DNA from: Gammaproteobacteria bacterium
GTDB taxonomy: Bacteria; Pseudomonadota; Gammaproteobacteria; UBA4575
NCBI GenBank assembly: GCA_965222615.1
Contig: CBDCUI010000007.1
Coordinates: forward strand, 512,001 to 576,000
DNA length: 64,000 nt
Reading direction: 5' to 3'
Positions 43,166 to 52,023 of the stretch are shown in pieces. The translations under genes were made by a program, and so were the position numbers. Below the pieces are notes generated by a model. That model did not search any database. It was given only the letters and a program-made list of their open reading frames with translations, and was not told where the DNA came from. The stretch's first letter is position 1, and every line of letters starts with the position of its first letter.

Positions 43166-44389
43166 TTATCCAGATCTTGTCGAAGACGCCGGTTTTGTAC
43201 ACCATTTAGCTGGATTTACCGGCTTTCCCTGTTTGCGAATTTCAAAATAAAGACCTGGACTCGCTTTACCTCCACTATTGCCAACTGTGGCGATCAAATC
43301 ACCCGCCTCCACCCATTCTCCAAGCTGCTTATAAAGGCTTTGATTGTGTCCATATAAACTCATATAGCCATCACCATGGTCAATGATAATCAGTAGCCCT
43401 AAACCACGCATCCACTCTGCAAAAGCAATTCGACCATGGAAAATACTACGTACATTATTACCTTCAGAGCTTGGAATAAAAACGCCTTGCCAATTTAATT
43501 TACTACGAGCTGCATTACGTCGTTGCCCAAATTTATTACTTGGCTTACCTACTACTGGCCAATAAAGTTTACCTTGCAGTTCTCCAAAACCTTGGCCTTG
43601 ATCAATAACAGGTATATTTGCGAGTGCATCACGGATCTCATTAATCAAATCCTTAAGCTGCGCTTCATCTTTTTCAAGACTGGACAATTTCGTCTGCTCG
43701 GAGGAAACACTAGCACTTAGGTCTGTCAATACAGATTTTCTTTCACTTTGTTGCTGTTGTAATAATTGTTTTTCACCAATCAGCTTTAACTTAGCTTGTT
43801 CAGCAAGCTTTTCTTGTGCCGCAATTTCGACGTGTACATCATTTACTGAACTTAAGATTTGTGAGGCTTGCTCAATTTCACGCAATCGGGCACGGTGCAA
43901 ATAATCGTAATATACAAGGTCACGCGATAACTTAGTCGGCTCTTGTTGACTCAATAACAACTTTAATTTTTGTTGACCGCTATAGAGATATTCAGACCTG
44001 ATTTGGGAATATAAAATATCACGATGTTGTGACAGCTCGTTGAGCAACCTCTGCTTTTGCGATGCTAAGCTTTGTATTTGTGTTCGAATATTATCCAGAT
44101 TGATCTTCGTCTGTCTGAGTAGTTCATTGAGTTTACCAATAGCTTGCTCGGATTCACGCAGCTTATTTTCAAGCCGGCCTACTTCGCCACGATCCTTGGC
44201 CATCTTTTGCTGACTTTTGCGAATTTGTGTCTGAATGTTCGCCAGTTTTTTCTCGACCTCTTGTTGCGAAGGTGCTGCCACAATGCTACTAAAGCCAAAC
44301 AGTACATATAAGATACAACCCACACATAAGCCTAGTAGGGCGGTACTTATACTCAATTTTTGTACCGAAGAAGAGGCTAGTAAAAACAT
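43166..44389 (-). CDS. envC: Murein hydrolase activator EnvC
   Basis: Long coiled coil plus degenerate M23 domain (WQGVFI, IIDHG, SLYGHNQ, LYFEIR). Confidence 0.93.
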   Translation of the reverse strand: MFLLASSSVQKLSISTALLGLCVGCILYVLFGFSSIVAAPSQQEVEKKLANIQTQIRKSQQKMAKDRGEVGRLENKLRESEQAIGKLNELLRQTKINLDNIRTQIQSLASQKQRLLNELSQHRDILYSQIRSEYLYSGQQKLKLLLSQQEPTKLSRDLVYYDYLHRARLREIEQASQILSSVNDVHVEIAAQEKLAEQAKLKLIGEKQLLQQQQSERKSVLTDLSASVSSEQTKLSSLEKDEAQLKDLINEIRDALANIPVIDQGQGFGELQGKLYWPVVGKPSNKFGQRRNAARSKLNWQGVFIPSSEGNNVRSIFHGRIAFAEWMRGLGLLIIIDHGDGYMSLYGHNQSLYKQLGEWVEAGDLIATVGNSGGKASPGLYFEIRKQGKPVNPAKWCTKPASSTRSG

Positions 44390-44488
44390 AAAAAGCTTGA
44401 TGAAATCATATAACTTATTGATTTATATGTTGTATTAATGTATTAGACATTTATAATATTAGCCTATACTATAGATATATAAACTAAC

Positions 44489-44848
44489 ATGGAAGTCACA
44501 TCGAACAACATATTGGACCATGACACTATGAGCATTACTGCAGAAGAACTTATTCATAAAGAAGAGGATATCGAGCAGGCATCCAGATCACTCAAGGCCA
44601 TGTCACACCCACTACGTTTAAAAATCCTGTGTGTGTTGGGGGAGCGTGAAATTAGTGTACAAGATATCGTCGACAACGTTGGTACATCGCAAAGTAATAT
44701 TTCACAACATTTAGCTATTCTACGCGACAAAGGTATTTTGGCCTCTCGCAAAGATGCAAATCGTGTGTATTATCGGGTTGGAGATGACCGTACCCTTAAG
44801 CTAATCGATATGATGCAGCAGGTTTTTTGCTCTACTCGCCATACTTAA
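44489..44848 (+). CDS. ArsR/SmtB-family transcriptional regulator
   Basis: LKAMSHPLRLKILC, SQSNISQHLAILR, C-terminal VFC (BigR-like Cys pair). Confidence 0.92.
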   Translation: MEVTSNNILDHDTMSITAEELIHKEEDIEQASRSLKAMSHPLRLKILCVLGEREISVQDIVDNVGTSQSNISQHLAILRDKGILASRKDANRVYYRVGDDRTLKLIDMMQQVFCSTRHT

Positions 44849-44929
44849 TAAGCTATGCTCTCGCTCATGGCATGTTAAATATGCCGGTATTCGATTGAAT
44901 ATAGCAATTCAGTTTAAAAAACTTCATAG

Positions 44930-45355
44930 ATGGAAGAATACATAAATTTCGCCAGTAAACACTATTGGCTGTTTGTAGCCTTAGGGGCTGTAATCACACT
45001 GATTATTGTTACTGAAGTACGTCGCTTTACACGAGGATATAAAGAAGTATCACCTAATGACGCTGTTCTCCTCATCAATAAAGAAGATGCATTAGTTCTA
45101 GATGTACGTGAACCAAGCGAACTCGCACAAGGCACTATAATTGGTGCCAAACATGTAGCTTTAAGCACGCTGCCACAAAACACAGACAGTATATCAACAG
45201 ATAAAAACAAACCGATTTTGGTATTTTGCAAAATGGGAAATCGATCACCACAAGCGTGTAAGTTATTACTAAAAAACAGTTATACAAAAGTATTTGGATT
45301 AAAGGGTGGTTTAACTGCCTGGATTAATGATGAGTTACCGATAACAAAAAAGTGA
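44930..45355 (+). CDS. yibN: Rhodanese-like membrane protein (YibN-like)
   Basis: N-terminal TM, LDVRE, CKMGNRS, LKGGLTAW. Confidence 0.88.
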   Translation: MEEYINFASKHYWLFVALGAVITLIIVTEVRRFTRGYKEVSPNDAVLLINKEDALVLDVREPSELAQGTIIGAKHVALSTLPQNTDSISTDKNKPILVFCKMGNRSPQACKLLLKNSYTKVFGLKGGLTAWINDELPITKK

Positions 45356-45362
45356 GCAGTTA

Positions 45363-45623
45363 ATGAGTAAAGTTACTATTACAATTTACACCGGCAATCG
45401 CTGCGCATATTGCAATGCTGCAAAGCGCTTGTTCGATAATAAAAATGCAACCTATGTTGAAGTAAATGTTGATGAAGACCCCGCTTTACGTGAAGAGATG
45501 GTTACACGTACACAACGTCGAACTGTTCCACAAATTATTATTGGTGATGTTCACGTAGGAGGCTTTGATGATCTCTCTGAGCTTAATCATGAGGGTAAAT
45601 TGGACGAGATGTTAATGTTATAA
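45363..45623 (+). CDS. grxC: Glutaredoxin 3
   Basis: CAYC active site, TVPQI, VGGFDDL. Confidence 0.95.
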   Translation: MSKVTITIYTGNRCAYCNAAKRLFDNKNATYVEVNVDEDPALREEMVTRTQRRTVPQIIIGDVHVGGFDDLSELNHEGKLDEMLML

Positions 45624-45635
45624 TGAGTATAAAGC

Positions 45636-45708
45636 TAAGGAAGCTCTGATTTATTCTGATATGTCCCAAAAAAGATAAATTAGCAATGATTTCTCAAAAT
45701 ACTTATGT
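45636..45708 (-). mobile_element. MITE remnant, copy D (one end only), overlapping the secB start codon
   Basis: TAAGGAAGCTCTGATTTATTCTGATATGTC...AATGATTTCTCAAAATACTTATGT matches the left half of copy C. Confidence 0.8.
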
Positions 45709-46166
45709 CTGAAGAAGAACAAAAATTTGAGATCCAAAAAATCTACGTGAAAGATATTTCTTTTGAAACTCCCAACTCCCCAAAAATATTTACCACAAAG
45801 TGGAATCCAAAGACCGACGTCCACATTCAAACTGAAAATTCCAAACTTGATAACGACATATTCGAAGTCTGCATAACGATAACGGTAACCGCGACACAGG
45901 AAGAAACTACTGCTTTTTTAGTTGAAGTAAAACAAGCGGGAATTTTTCTATTACAAAATTTTAAGAACGATCAACATGGCCAATTGCTTGGTAGTTATTG
46001 CCCCAATATATTATTTCCTTTTGCTCGTGAGGCGATTGCGGAGTTGATTGCAAAAGGTGGTTTCCCGCAGTTGCTATTGAATCCAGTTAACTTTGATGTC
46101 TTGTATCAACAGCATCAAGAAGCATTAAAAGAACAAAAGTCAAACCCCGATCAAATAAAGCACTAA
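45705..46166 (+). CDS. secB: Protein-export chaperone SecB
   Basis: IQKIYVKDISFETP, EVKQAGIF, CPNILFPFARE, GGFPQLLL. Confidence 0.98.
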   Translation: MSEEEQKFEIQKIYVKDISFETPNSPKIFTTKWNPKTDVHIQTENSKLDNDIFEVCITITVTATQEETTAFLVEVKQAGIFLLQNFKNDQHGQLLGSYCPNILFPFAREAIAELIAKGGFPQLLLNPVNFDVLYQQHQEALKEQKSNPDQIKH

Positions 46167-46219
46167 ACCCATATATTGCACGAGAGCGCTACTTAAGCAT
46201 CTATAAAGAATTAATAAAA

Positions 46220-47215
46220 ATGACTACTGTAGCGGTATTAGGAGCTGGATCATGGGGCACAGCGCTTGCTATCCAACTTTCTCGCAATGACCATGATGTA
46301 AAAGTGTGGGACTGCGATTCGGAGTTAATCAATTCCATGCAAAGCCAAAAACGTAATCTCCGTTACCTTCCTGATAACCCACTTCCTGATCTATTACTAC
46401 CACAACAAGATTTAGCATCTACATTAAAAAATGCAGATTTTATTTTAGCCGTAATACCAAGCTACGCCATGCGGACTGTTTGTGAACAGCTTACACAACA
46501 AAACTTTATATCAAAATTTGTGTGGGCTACCAAAGGATTCGAAAAACAAAGCAGGCTAATGATGCATCAAGTTATCACCGAAGTACTTGGTGATGAGTTA
46601 CAAACAGCTGTTATTTCAGGACCTTCTTTTGCAAAAGAAGTTGCTAATAATCTACCTACTGCAGTAACACTTGCATCAAAAAATTTAACTTTTGCAAAAG
46701 AAGTAGCTGGATATTTCCATAGTGATAATTTCCGCGTCTATATAAGTGACGATGTGATTGGTGTTGAGTTAGGTGGCACTATAAAGAATGTGCTTGCCAT
46801 CGCTGCTGGTATTGCCGACGGGCTTGGTTTTGGTGCCAATGCCCGCGCCGCTTTGATTACCAGAGGCCTTGCAGAAATGATGCGCTTAGGGAAAACACTT
46901 GGGGCAAATCCAAAAACGCTGATGGGGTTAGCCGGCATGGGCGATTTAGTCCTCACTTGTACGGATGATCAATCTCGCAATCGTCGTCTTGGCCTGGCAT
47001 TGGCTAACGGCAAAACTGCACAACAATATATGGAAGAAGTAGGTCAAGCGGTTGAAGGCTTTCATGCCGCACAAGTAATACACGAAATTGCTAAAAACAA
47101 TCAAACCGAAATGCCAATCTGTGAGCAAGTATGGCATGTGCTAAATGGTAAGTTAGATCTTAAAGTTGCAATATCAGAATTGCTTGGGCGTGATATGAAA
47201 GAAGAGTTTATTTAA
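46220..47215 (+). CDS. gpsA: NAD(P)H-dependent glycerol-3-phosphate dehydrogenase
   Basis: GAGSWGTALA, SGPSFA, KNVLAIAAG, GDLVLTC..SRN. Confidence 0.98.
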   Translation: MTTVAVLGAGSWGTALAIQLSRNDHDVKVWDCDSELINSMQSQKRNLRYLPDNPLPDLLLPQQDLASTLKNADFILAVIPSYAMRTVCEQLTQQNFISKFVWATKGFEKQSRLMMHQVITEVLGDELQTAVISGPSFAKEVANNLPTAVTLASKNLTFAKEVAGYFHSDNFRVYISDDVIGVELGGTIKNVLAIAAGIADGLGFGANARAALITRGLAEMMRLGKTLGANPKTLMGLAGMGDLVLTCTDDQSRNRRLGLALANGKTAQQYMEEVGQAVEGFHAAQVIHEIAKNNQTEMPICEQVWHVLNGKLDLKVAISELLGRDMKEEFI

Positions 47216-47312
47216 TAGCTAAAATTTCTTATTTCTTGTTGGTTTAGTTTTTTGATCTTGAATTGATTACGTCATCTTTGACGTAACTCTCACTTATACC
47301 TCCATATACTCG

Positions 47313-47342
47313 CTGGATTGCTTCACTCCGTTCGCAATGACA
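47313..47342 (-). repeat. GTC-tagged REP-like palindrome, downstream flank of the GIY-YIG gene
   Basis: Reverse complement TGTCATTGCGAACGGAGTGAAGCAATCCAG; ATTGC/GCAAT stem. Confidence 0.88.
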
Positions 47343-47463
47343 ACTGGGGCAAACTGCTTGGTACACAAGTGAAACAAAATACCTCATATAGACAATAATT
47401 AATTAATGTGCTGATGTCATGTCATTTTTAGTTTATTTTTCTTTATTAATAATAAACCTAAAA

Positions 47464-47760
47464 CTATAAAATATCTTGGTACAAATCATCCCAGTTGGGA
47501 TTATTTTTCTCTATTAGGTTTAATTTTTTCTTTCTTGAACCTGCTTTTATTTGCTTTTCTCTAAGAATTGCTGAGTTTATGTTTTCATGCACTTCATACC
47601 AAACAAGAATGTGCACGTTATATTTTTTGGTAAACCCATCAACTAAGTTATGTTTATGTTCATACACACGTTTTACTAAGTTGCTTGTAACACCTACATA
47701 TAGTGTCCCATTTCGTTTGCTTGCAAGTATATATACACAAAACTGCAAAGAGTTATTCAT
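47464..47760 (-). CDS. Stand-alone GIY-YIG nuclease (UPF0213/YhbQ-like small family)
   Basis: CVYILAS..NGTLYVGVTSNL.KRVYEH, GFTKKY, AILREKQIK, NPNWDDL. Confidence 0.93.
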   Translation of the reverse strand: MNNSLQFCVYILASKRNGTLYVGVTSNLVKRVYEHKHNLVDGFTKKYNVHILVWYEVHENINSAILREKQIKAGSRKKKLNLIEKNNPNWDDLYQDIL

Positions 47761-47777
47761 GTATCTAAAGGTTATAT

Positions 47778-47853
47778 TGTCATTGCGAACGAAGTTAAGC
47801 AGTCCAATAAATAACTATGGTATAGTCATTGCGAGTGAAACGAAGCAATCCAG
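47778..47853 (+). repeat. Two tandem GTC-tagged REP-like palindromes, upstream flank of the GIY-YIG gene
   Basis: TGTCATTGCGAACGAAGTTAAGCAGTCCA (47778-47806) and AGTCATTGCGAGTGAAACGAAGCAATCCAG (47824-47853). Confidence 0.88.
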
Positions 47854-47859
47854 TCATCA

Positions 47860-48315
47860 TTATCGAAAATTATTTTGACGCCAAGCTTCATACAAAATTA
47901 TCCCGACAGCATTGGCAAGATTAATACTACGGGATTCTTCACGCATCGGAATGCGAATAATGTGTTGTGAATCATATTGTTCAAGTATTGATGTTGGTAA
48001 GCCACGTGTCTCAGGACCAAAGATAAAAATATCTCCTGGCTGATAGCTTGGAATATGGTAATTTGTGCGTCCTTTAGTAGAACATGCGAAAATCCGTTGT
48101 GGCGATAGTTGGTCTAACATTGCTTGATAGCTTTGGTGTTCAGTAATTTGTGTCCATTCTTGGTAATCAAGCCCGGCTCGACGTAATTTTTTTTCATCTA
48201 AAGCAAAACCCAAAGGATGAATTAAATGTAAATGACAGCCCATGTTTGCACATAGGCGTATGATGTTACCGGTATTGGGTGGAATTTCAGGTTCAAATAA
48301 AACAACGTGAAACAT
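47860..48315 (-). CDS. trmL: tRNA (cytidine/uridine-34-2'-O)-methyltransferase
   Basis: PEIPPNTGNIIRLCAN, RRAGLDY, FGPETRGLP, RSINLAN. Confidence 0.97.
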   Translation of the reverse strand: MFHVVLFEPEIPPNTGNIIRLCANMGCHLHLIHPLGFALDEKKLRRAGLDYQEWTQITEHQSYQAMLDQLSPQRIFACSTKGRTNYHIPSYQPGDIFIFGPETRGLPTSILEQYDSQHIIRIPMREESRSINLANAVGIILYEAWRQNNFR

Positions 48316-48338
48316 GCTTAAAATATGAGCATTAAAAA

Positions 48339-49292
48339 ATGAACAACGATAAACTTAAACTTGAGTTTTGCGGTTTAAAGCTTTCTACACCACTCGTATT
48401 GCTTTCCGGATGTGTAGGCTTTGGAGAAGAATATACCCGTATTGAGGGATTCTCCAATCAAGATGTAGGTGCAGTATGTTTAAAAGGCACAACGTTAAAA
48501 CCCCGCTTGGGTAATGCCCCGCATCGTCTCGCAGAAACACCCGATGGCATGCTCAATGCAATTGGCTTACAAAATCCTGGTGTGGATTATGTTGTCAATG
48601 ACATTTTACCGAAATTGGATTTCACCGAGACACGATTCATTGCCAATGTAGCTGGTTCCACTATTGAAGAATATGCCGAAGTCACGCGTAAGTTTAATGA
48701 CTCCCCTATCGATGCCATTGAAATCAATATCTCCTGTCCTAATGTAAGAGAAGGCGGTGTAGTATTTGGCAACGATCCACAAATGTCAGCACGTGTAGTC
48801 GAAGCCTGTCGTGCAGTGACCAAAAAGCCGTTGATTACAAAACTATCCCCAAATCAAACAGACATTCAGCTCAACGCAAAACTTTGCCTTGAAGCAGGCA
48901 GTGATGCCTTTGCTGTAATCAACACCGTAATGGGCATGGCCATCGATATCGAAACCAAACAACCAATTGTTCACAATAATCAAGGCGGCTTATCCGGTCC
49001 TGCTATTAAACCTATTGCATTATTAAAAGTGCATGAAGTACATCAAGTGTGTAAGCCACATGATATTCCCATCATCGGCCAAGGCGGTGTGGTTAATGCA
49101 AAAGACGCCATCGAATTTTTCATCGCCGGTGCAACTGCTATCGGTGTTGGCACTGGGTTATTCTATAATCCATTGTGCTGCCAAAAAATTAACCACGGTA
49201 TTCTCGATTACTTAGAAAAAAATCATCACAAGCATATTAGTGAAATTATTGGCAGTTTAATTGTTCACTCAGACTCAACCAGTTATGTGTAA
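48339..49292 (+). CDS. pyrD: Dihydroorotate dehydrogenase, class 1 (family 1B-like catalytic subunit)
   Basis: GMLNAIGLQNPG, EINISCPN (catalytic Cys), KLSPN, GGLSGPAIKP; no membrane anchor. Confidence 0.92.
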   Translation: MNNDKLKLEFCGLKLSTPLVLLSGCVGFGEEYTRIEGFSNQDVGAVCLKGTTLKPRLGNAPHRLAETPDGMLNAIGLQNPGVDYVVNDILPKLDFTETRFIANVAGSTIEEYAEVTRKFNDSPIDAIEINISCPNVREGGVVFGNDPQMSARVVEACRAVTKKPLITKLSPNQTDIQLNAKLCLEAGSDAFAVINTVMGMAIDIETKQPIVHNNQGGLSGPAIKPIALLKVHEVHQVCKPHDIPIIGQGGVVNAKDAIEFFIAGATAIGVGTGLFYNPLCCQKINHGILDYLEKNHHKHISEIIGSLIVHSDSTSYV

Positions 49293-49400
49293 TTAATTAT
49301 TCGCCACACCATTCTGTCTATTTCTTTCAGCACGCTTCAATATGATGCCCTCCCCAAACCTCGAAGGATGGAGCTGCAAAAACATGTAAAAGAAATCTTC

Positions 49401-50273
49401 TTAGAACTCGTATTCCAAACTCCATTTAAGTGTCGTGTCAGGTGTATTATTGTTTAAGCCAATAAATAAACCTAAACCAAGGCTAAGAACTTCAGGGTCT
49501 TCATCTTCACCAATCACGTGATTAAAATATGCGATAGGCCCCAGACGATGTAAATTATGATCACCAAATAATTCAGCTTCTTCGCTTGGATTGCCTGTAT
49601 TACCTAACCGATCAATTGTGCCATATGCCTCTAAAGCAAAATCCCACTTGTCCGATTTTGCATAACTGATTTGCAAGGCATAAGTAAAATCCAATTTATC
49701 GTCTTTTTCATCACCGTTAAAAAATTGGACTAGGGCAGGATTAAAAACTATTGAATACTTACCAAACTGTGATTCCACTATTGGTCCCAAAACAAATGAA
49801 TCTGCTTCAGAACGGTCACGTATGAACTGATATTCAGCAAGAATTCCCCAACCAACCCCATAGTCTTCTACAGGTACAATTACAGCGACCCCTTCGAGTG
49901 CTATTTCTTCTAACTTCAATGACTCAAAGTCATTACGCTCAGAAAACAATAAAGGATCTTCTACACGCTCTTGTTCAAATTCAATTCCAAAGCGAGTACG
50001 AAGCCATTCTAATATGCCCACTTCAATTTCTAATGCATAGCGTTGACGTACAACGGTGTTTTCATCGAATTCAAATTCACCGGGTTCTTCTTCAACGAAT
50101 TCACGTTTAGGCTGTCCCCATGAGTAAGCATTTTGACTTTGAAATTCCCATTGCCCAACTTCAACTTCTAGGTCCTTTACTTCAAATTGGTTGATGGCTG
50201 GACCGCCTGCTTGGCAAATAGCCGAATAAAAAGCAAAACCTAAAAATAAGGCATTTCTAAACCAGCAACACAA
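49401..50273 (-). CDS. Putative outer-membrane beta-barrel protein
   Basis: Signal peptide, alternating amphipathic strands, BamA-type C-terminus LKWSLEYEF. Confidence 0.65.
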   Translation of the reverse strand: MCCWFRNALFLGFAFYSAICQAGGPAINQFEVKDLEVEVGQWEFQSQNAYSWGQPKREFVEEEPGEFEFDENTVVRQRYALEIEVGILEWLRTRFGIEFEQERVEDPLLFSERNDFESLKLEEIALEGVAVIVPVEDYGVGWGILAEYQFIRDRSEADSFVLGPIVESQFGKYSIVFNPALVQFFNGDEKDDKLDFTYALQISYAKSDKWDFALEAYGTIDRLGNTGNPSEEAELFGDHNLHRLGPIAYFNHVIGEDEDPEVLSLGLGLFIGLNNNTPDTTLKWSLEYEF

Positions 50274-50543
50274 AGAAACTCCTTGAATATGATTATTGTT
50301 TACTTTTTAAAAGTGGGTAGGGGATATAGTACGTGCATCCAAATCTAATAATACCAAAACTGAGAAATAGAAAACTTTAGACATTGCGACATATTTTGGA
50401 AGTATATCTATTCTTACTGAATAATTTTGACATACTCCAAGCCAAATACAATACTCGCGAATGAAAAACTAGTAGAAAACTAAAAACGAGCGGAACAATT
50501 TGAATTGAAAACACCCATAACTATTTCGCTACTTTAGAAAAAG

Positions 50544-50635
50544 TTATGTTTGAAACAACCCCAACTCTTGAATCTTTCTGGTTAAGGTATTTCTGCCCCA
50601 ACCTAAAAGTTTAGCTGCCTCTTGGCGTTTTCCTC
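50544..50635 (-). pseudogene. Displaced duplicate of the ntrC 3' end (att-like direct repeat)
   Basis: Matches 52024-52115; 66 bp identical (50550-50615 vs 52030-52095); reads KRQEAAKLLGWGRNTLTRKIQELGLFQT-stop. Confidence 0.95.
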
Positions 50636-50712
50636 AGCCTTGTACATCGCCGTGGTGTTCTTTTATTCTATAACACAGGTCAATTCTCTTTATTCTTTAG
50701 TGAAAACAATTT

Positions 50713-51319
50713 TTATGGTTGTTTATAGCCAACAAAATTAAACAAAGGCAGATAGTCACCGTTATCTGCTGCTCGAAGAGCATCGATATATTGTCGCCTG
50801 ATATCGTTTTCAGATTTAAGTGCGTCTTCACCACCCCATTCTATGGAATCAGTTTTGAATATTTTTGTCAGTAGCGCATCTGCCATGATACGCGCATGAC
50901 GACCGTTCCCATTTGGAAACAGATGGATATAAACCAGTCTATGGTGAAAACGCATAGCTATTTCTATATGGAGGATATATTTTTTTTTCAATCCAATATT
51001 GAACATCATCTAAAAGTAATCTTAACTGAGTACTTATCTGTAACGGATCTACTCCAATATTCTTTTCTGTTGTTCTGTAGATTCCTGCCCATTCCCAAAC
51101 TTCACCAAATAGTTTCATATGTAATTTTCTAGCAAATGCATCAGTTAGCATATCGGGGGTTTTTTGCTTATCCAGCCAAATTAAACCTTCTGCAATATTG
51201 GCACTTTCTAAATGATCCAGTTCACCGCGTGTTGTGATATGCGGGTGTTTAAGTCCCTCATTTTCATCTGGATCTAGTGGGGTTGCTCCATACGGAAGTT
51301 TATCTAAATCATCGACCAT
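50713..51319 (-). pseudogene. Mobile mystery protein B (Fic family), split by a 1-nt frameshift
   Basis: N-part GATPLDPDE..GL...LH..LFGEVWEWAG.YR; C-part FHHRLVYIHLFPNGNGRHAR; frame change near 50965-50990; ATG overlaps the stop of A (TAATG). Confidence 0.85.
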
Positions 51320-51783
51320 TATTTGTCCCACAGAGAAGATAAGTCATTTTTGAGGATATCTTCTGCGATACGATTTACTTCAAACTCAAGCTGTTCTTTT
51401 GTGAGTGATTGGGCTTCCAATGCCATTTGTAAATCTGTTTTTTTTACAACTTCTTTTGCTTTTTTAATCGCCCTGTTTTTTAGAATATCTCCAACAGAGC
51501 CATCTTTTGGAATCACTGCATAGACAAAACGACATTCCATAGCCTCAGCTATCTGCTGCATATTTTTTATCGATACCGCACCCGACTGCTCGGCAAGCTC
51601 GGTTTTGGATATATTTGCACGTGTGACTTGCATTCTTTTAGCCAGCTGCGCTCCAGACATGCCCAACGCATTTCTGGCAGTACGTAACCATCCTTCCGGG
51701 GGAATATGTAAATCCTTAACTTGCGCATATGCCTTATCAATAATGGACTGATACTGTTTTAATACGACTTCTTTAATACTCAT
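51319..51783 (-). CDS. Mobile mystery protein A (XRE-type HTH)
   Basis: PPEGWLRTARNALGMSGAQLAKR, AEAMECRFVYAVIP, MALEAQ, LWD. Confidence 0.9.
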   Translation of the reverse strand: MSIKEVVLKQYQSIIDKAYAQVKDLHIPPEGWLRTARNALGMSGAQLAKRMQVTRANISKTELAEQSGAVSIKNMQQIAEAMECRFVYAVIPKDGSVGDILKNRAIKKAKEVVKKTDLQMALEAQSLTKEQLEFEVNRIAEDILKNDLSSLWDK

Positions 51784-51796
51784 ACGTATACCTATA

Positions 51797-51872
51797 GGTT
51801 GACGCTATAATCTTATTTGTCAACTTATTAGTATACAGTAATAATGGGAATGTCAACTAAAAAGTTGACATT
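51797..51872. promoter_or_regulatory. Inverted-repeat operators upstream of mobile mystery A
   Basis: AATGTCAACT-AAAA-AGTTGACATT (51849-51872) plus a GTTGAC...GTCAAC pair at 51798-51824. Confidence 0.6.
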
Positions 51873-52023
51873 TTTTAACACTTAGGGAACACAGCTTTTA
51901 GGGGAGAAGGTCACACTCAAAAGTTATTACAGTAAGTACCAGGAAGGTGAATGGAAGAAAACACATACCATCTATCCCCCGGCCCCGTTGCAATCCGATC
52001 AAGTTTGGTAGAGTAAATTCCCC

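Noticed and set aside
47778-47853. Tandem ~30-bp palindromic repeats as a CRISPR mini-array
   Set aside because: Only two diverged units with a 17-bp gap, other copies inverted and dispersed, no cas genes
47495-47878. 127-aa ORF opposite the GIY-YIG gene
   Set aside because: Antisense frame running through the REP units (VIASETKQS is the repeat translated)
50400-50543. Possible degraded transposase or integrase fragment beside the ntrC duplicate
   Set aside because: No continuous frame or recognisable catalytic motif
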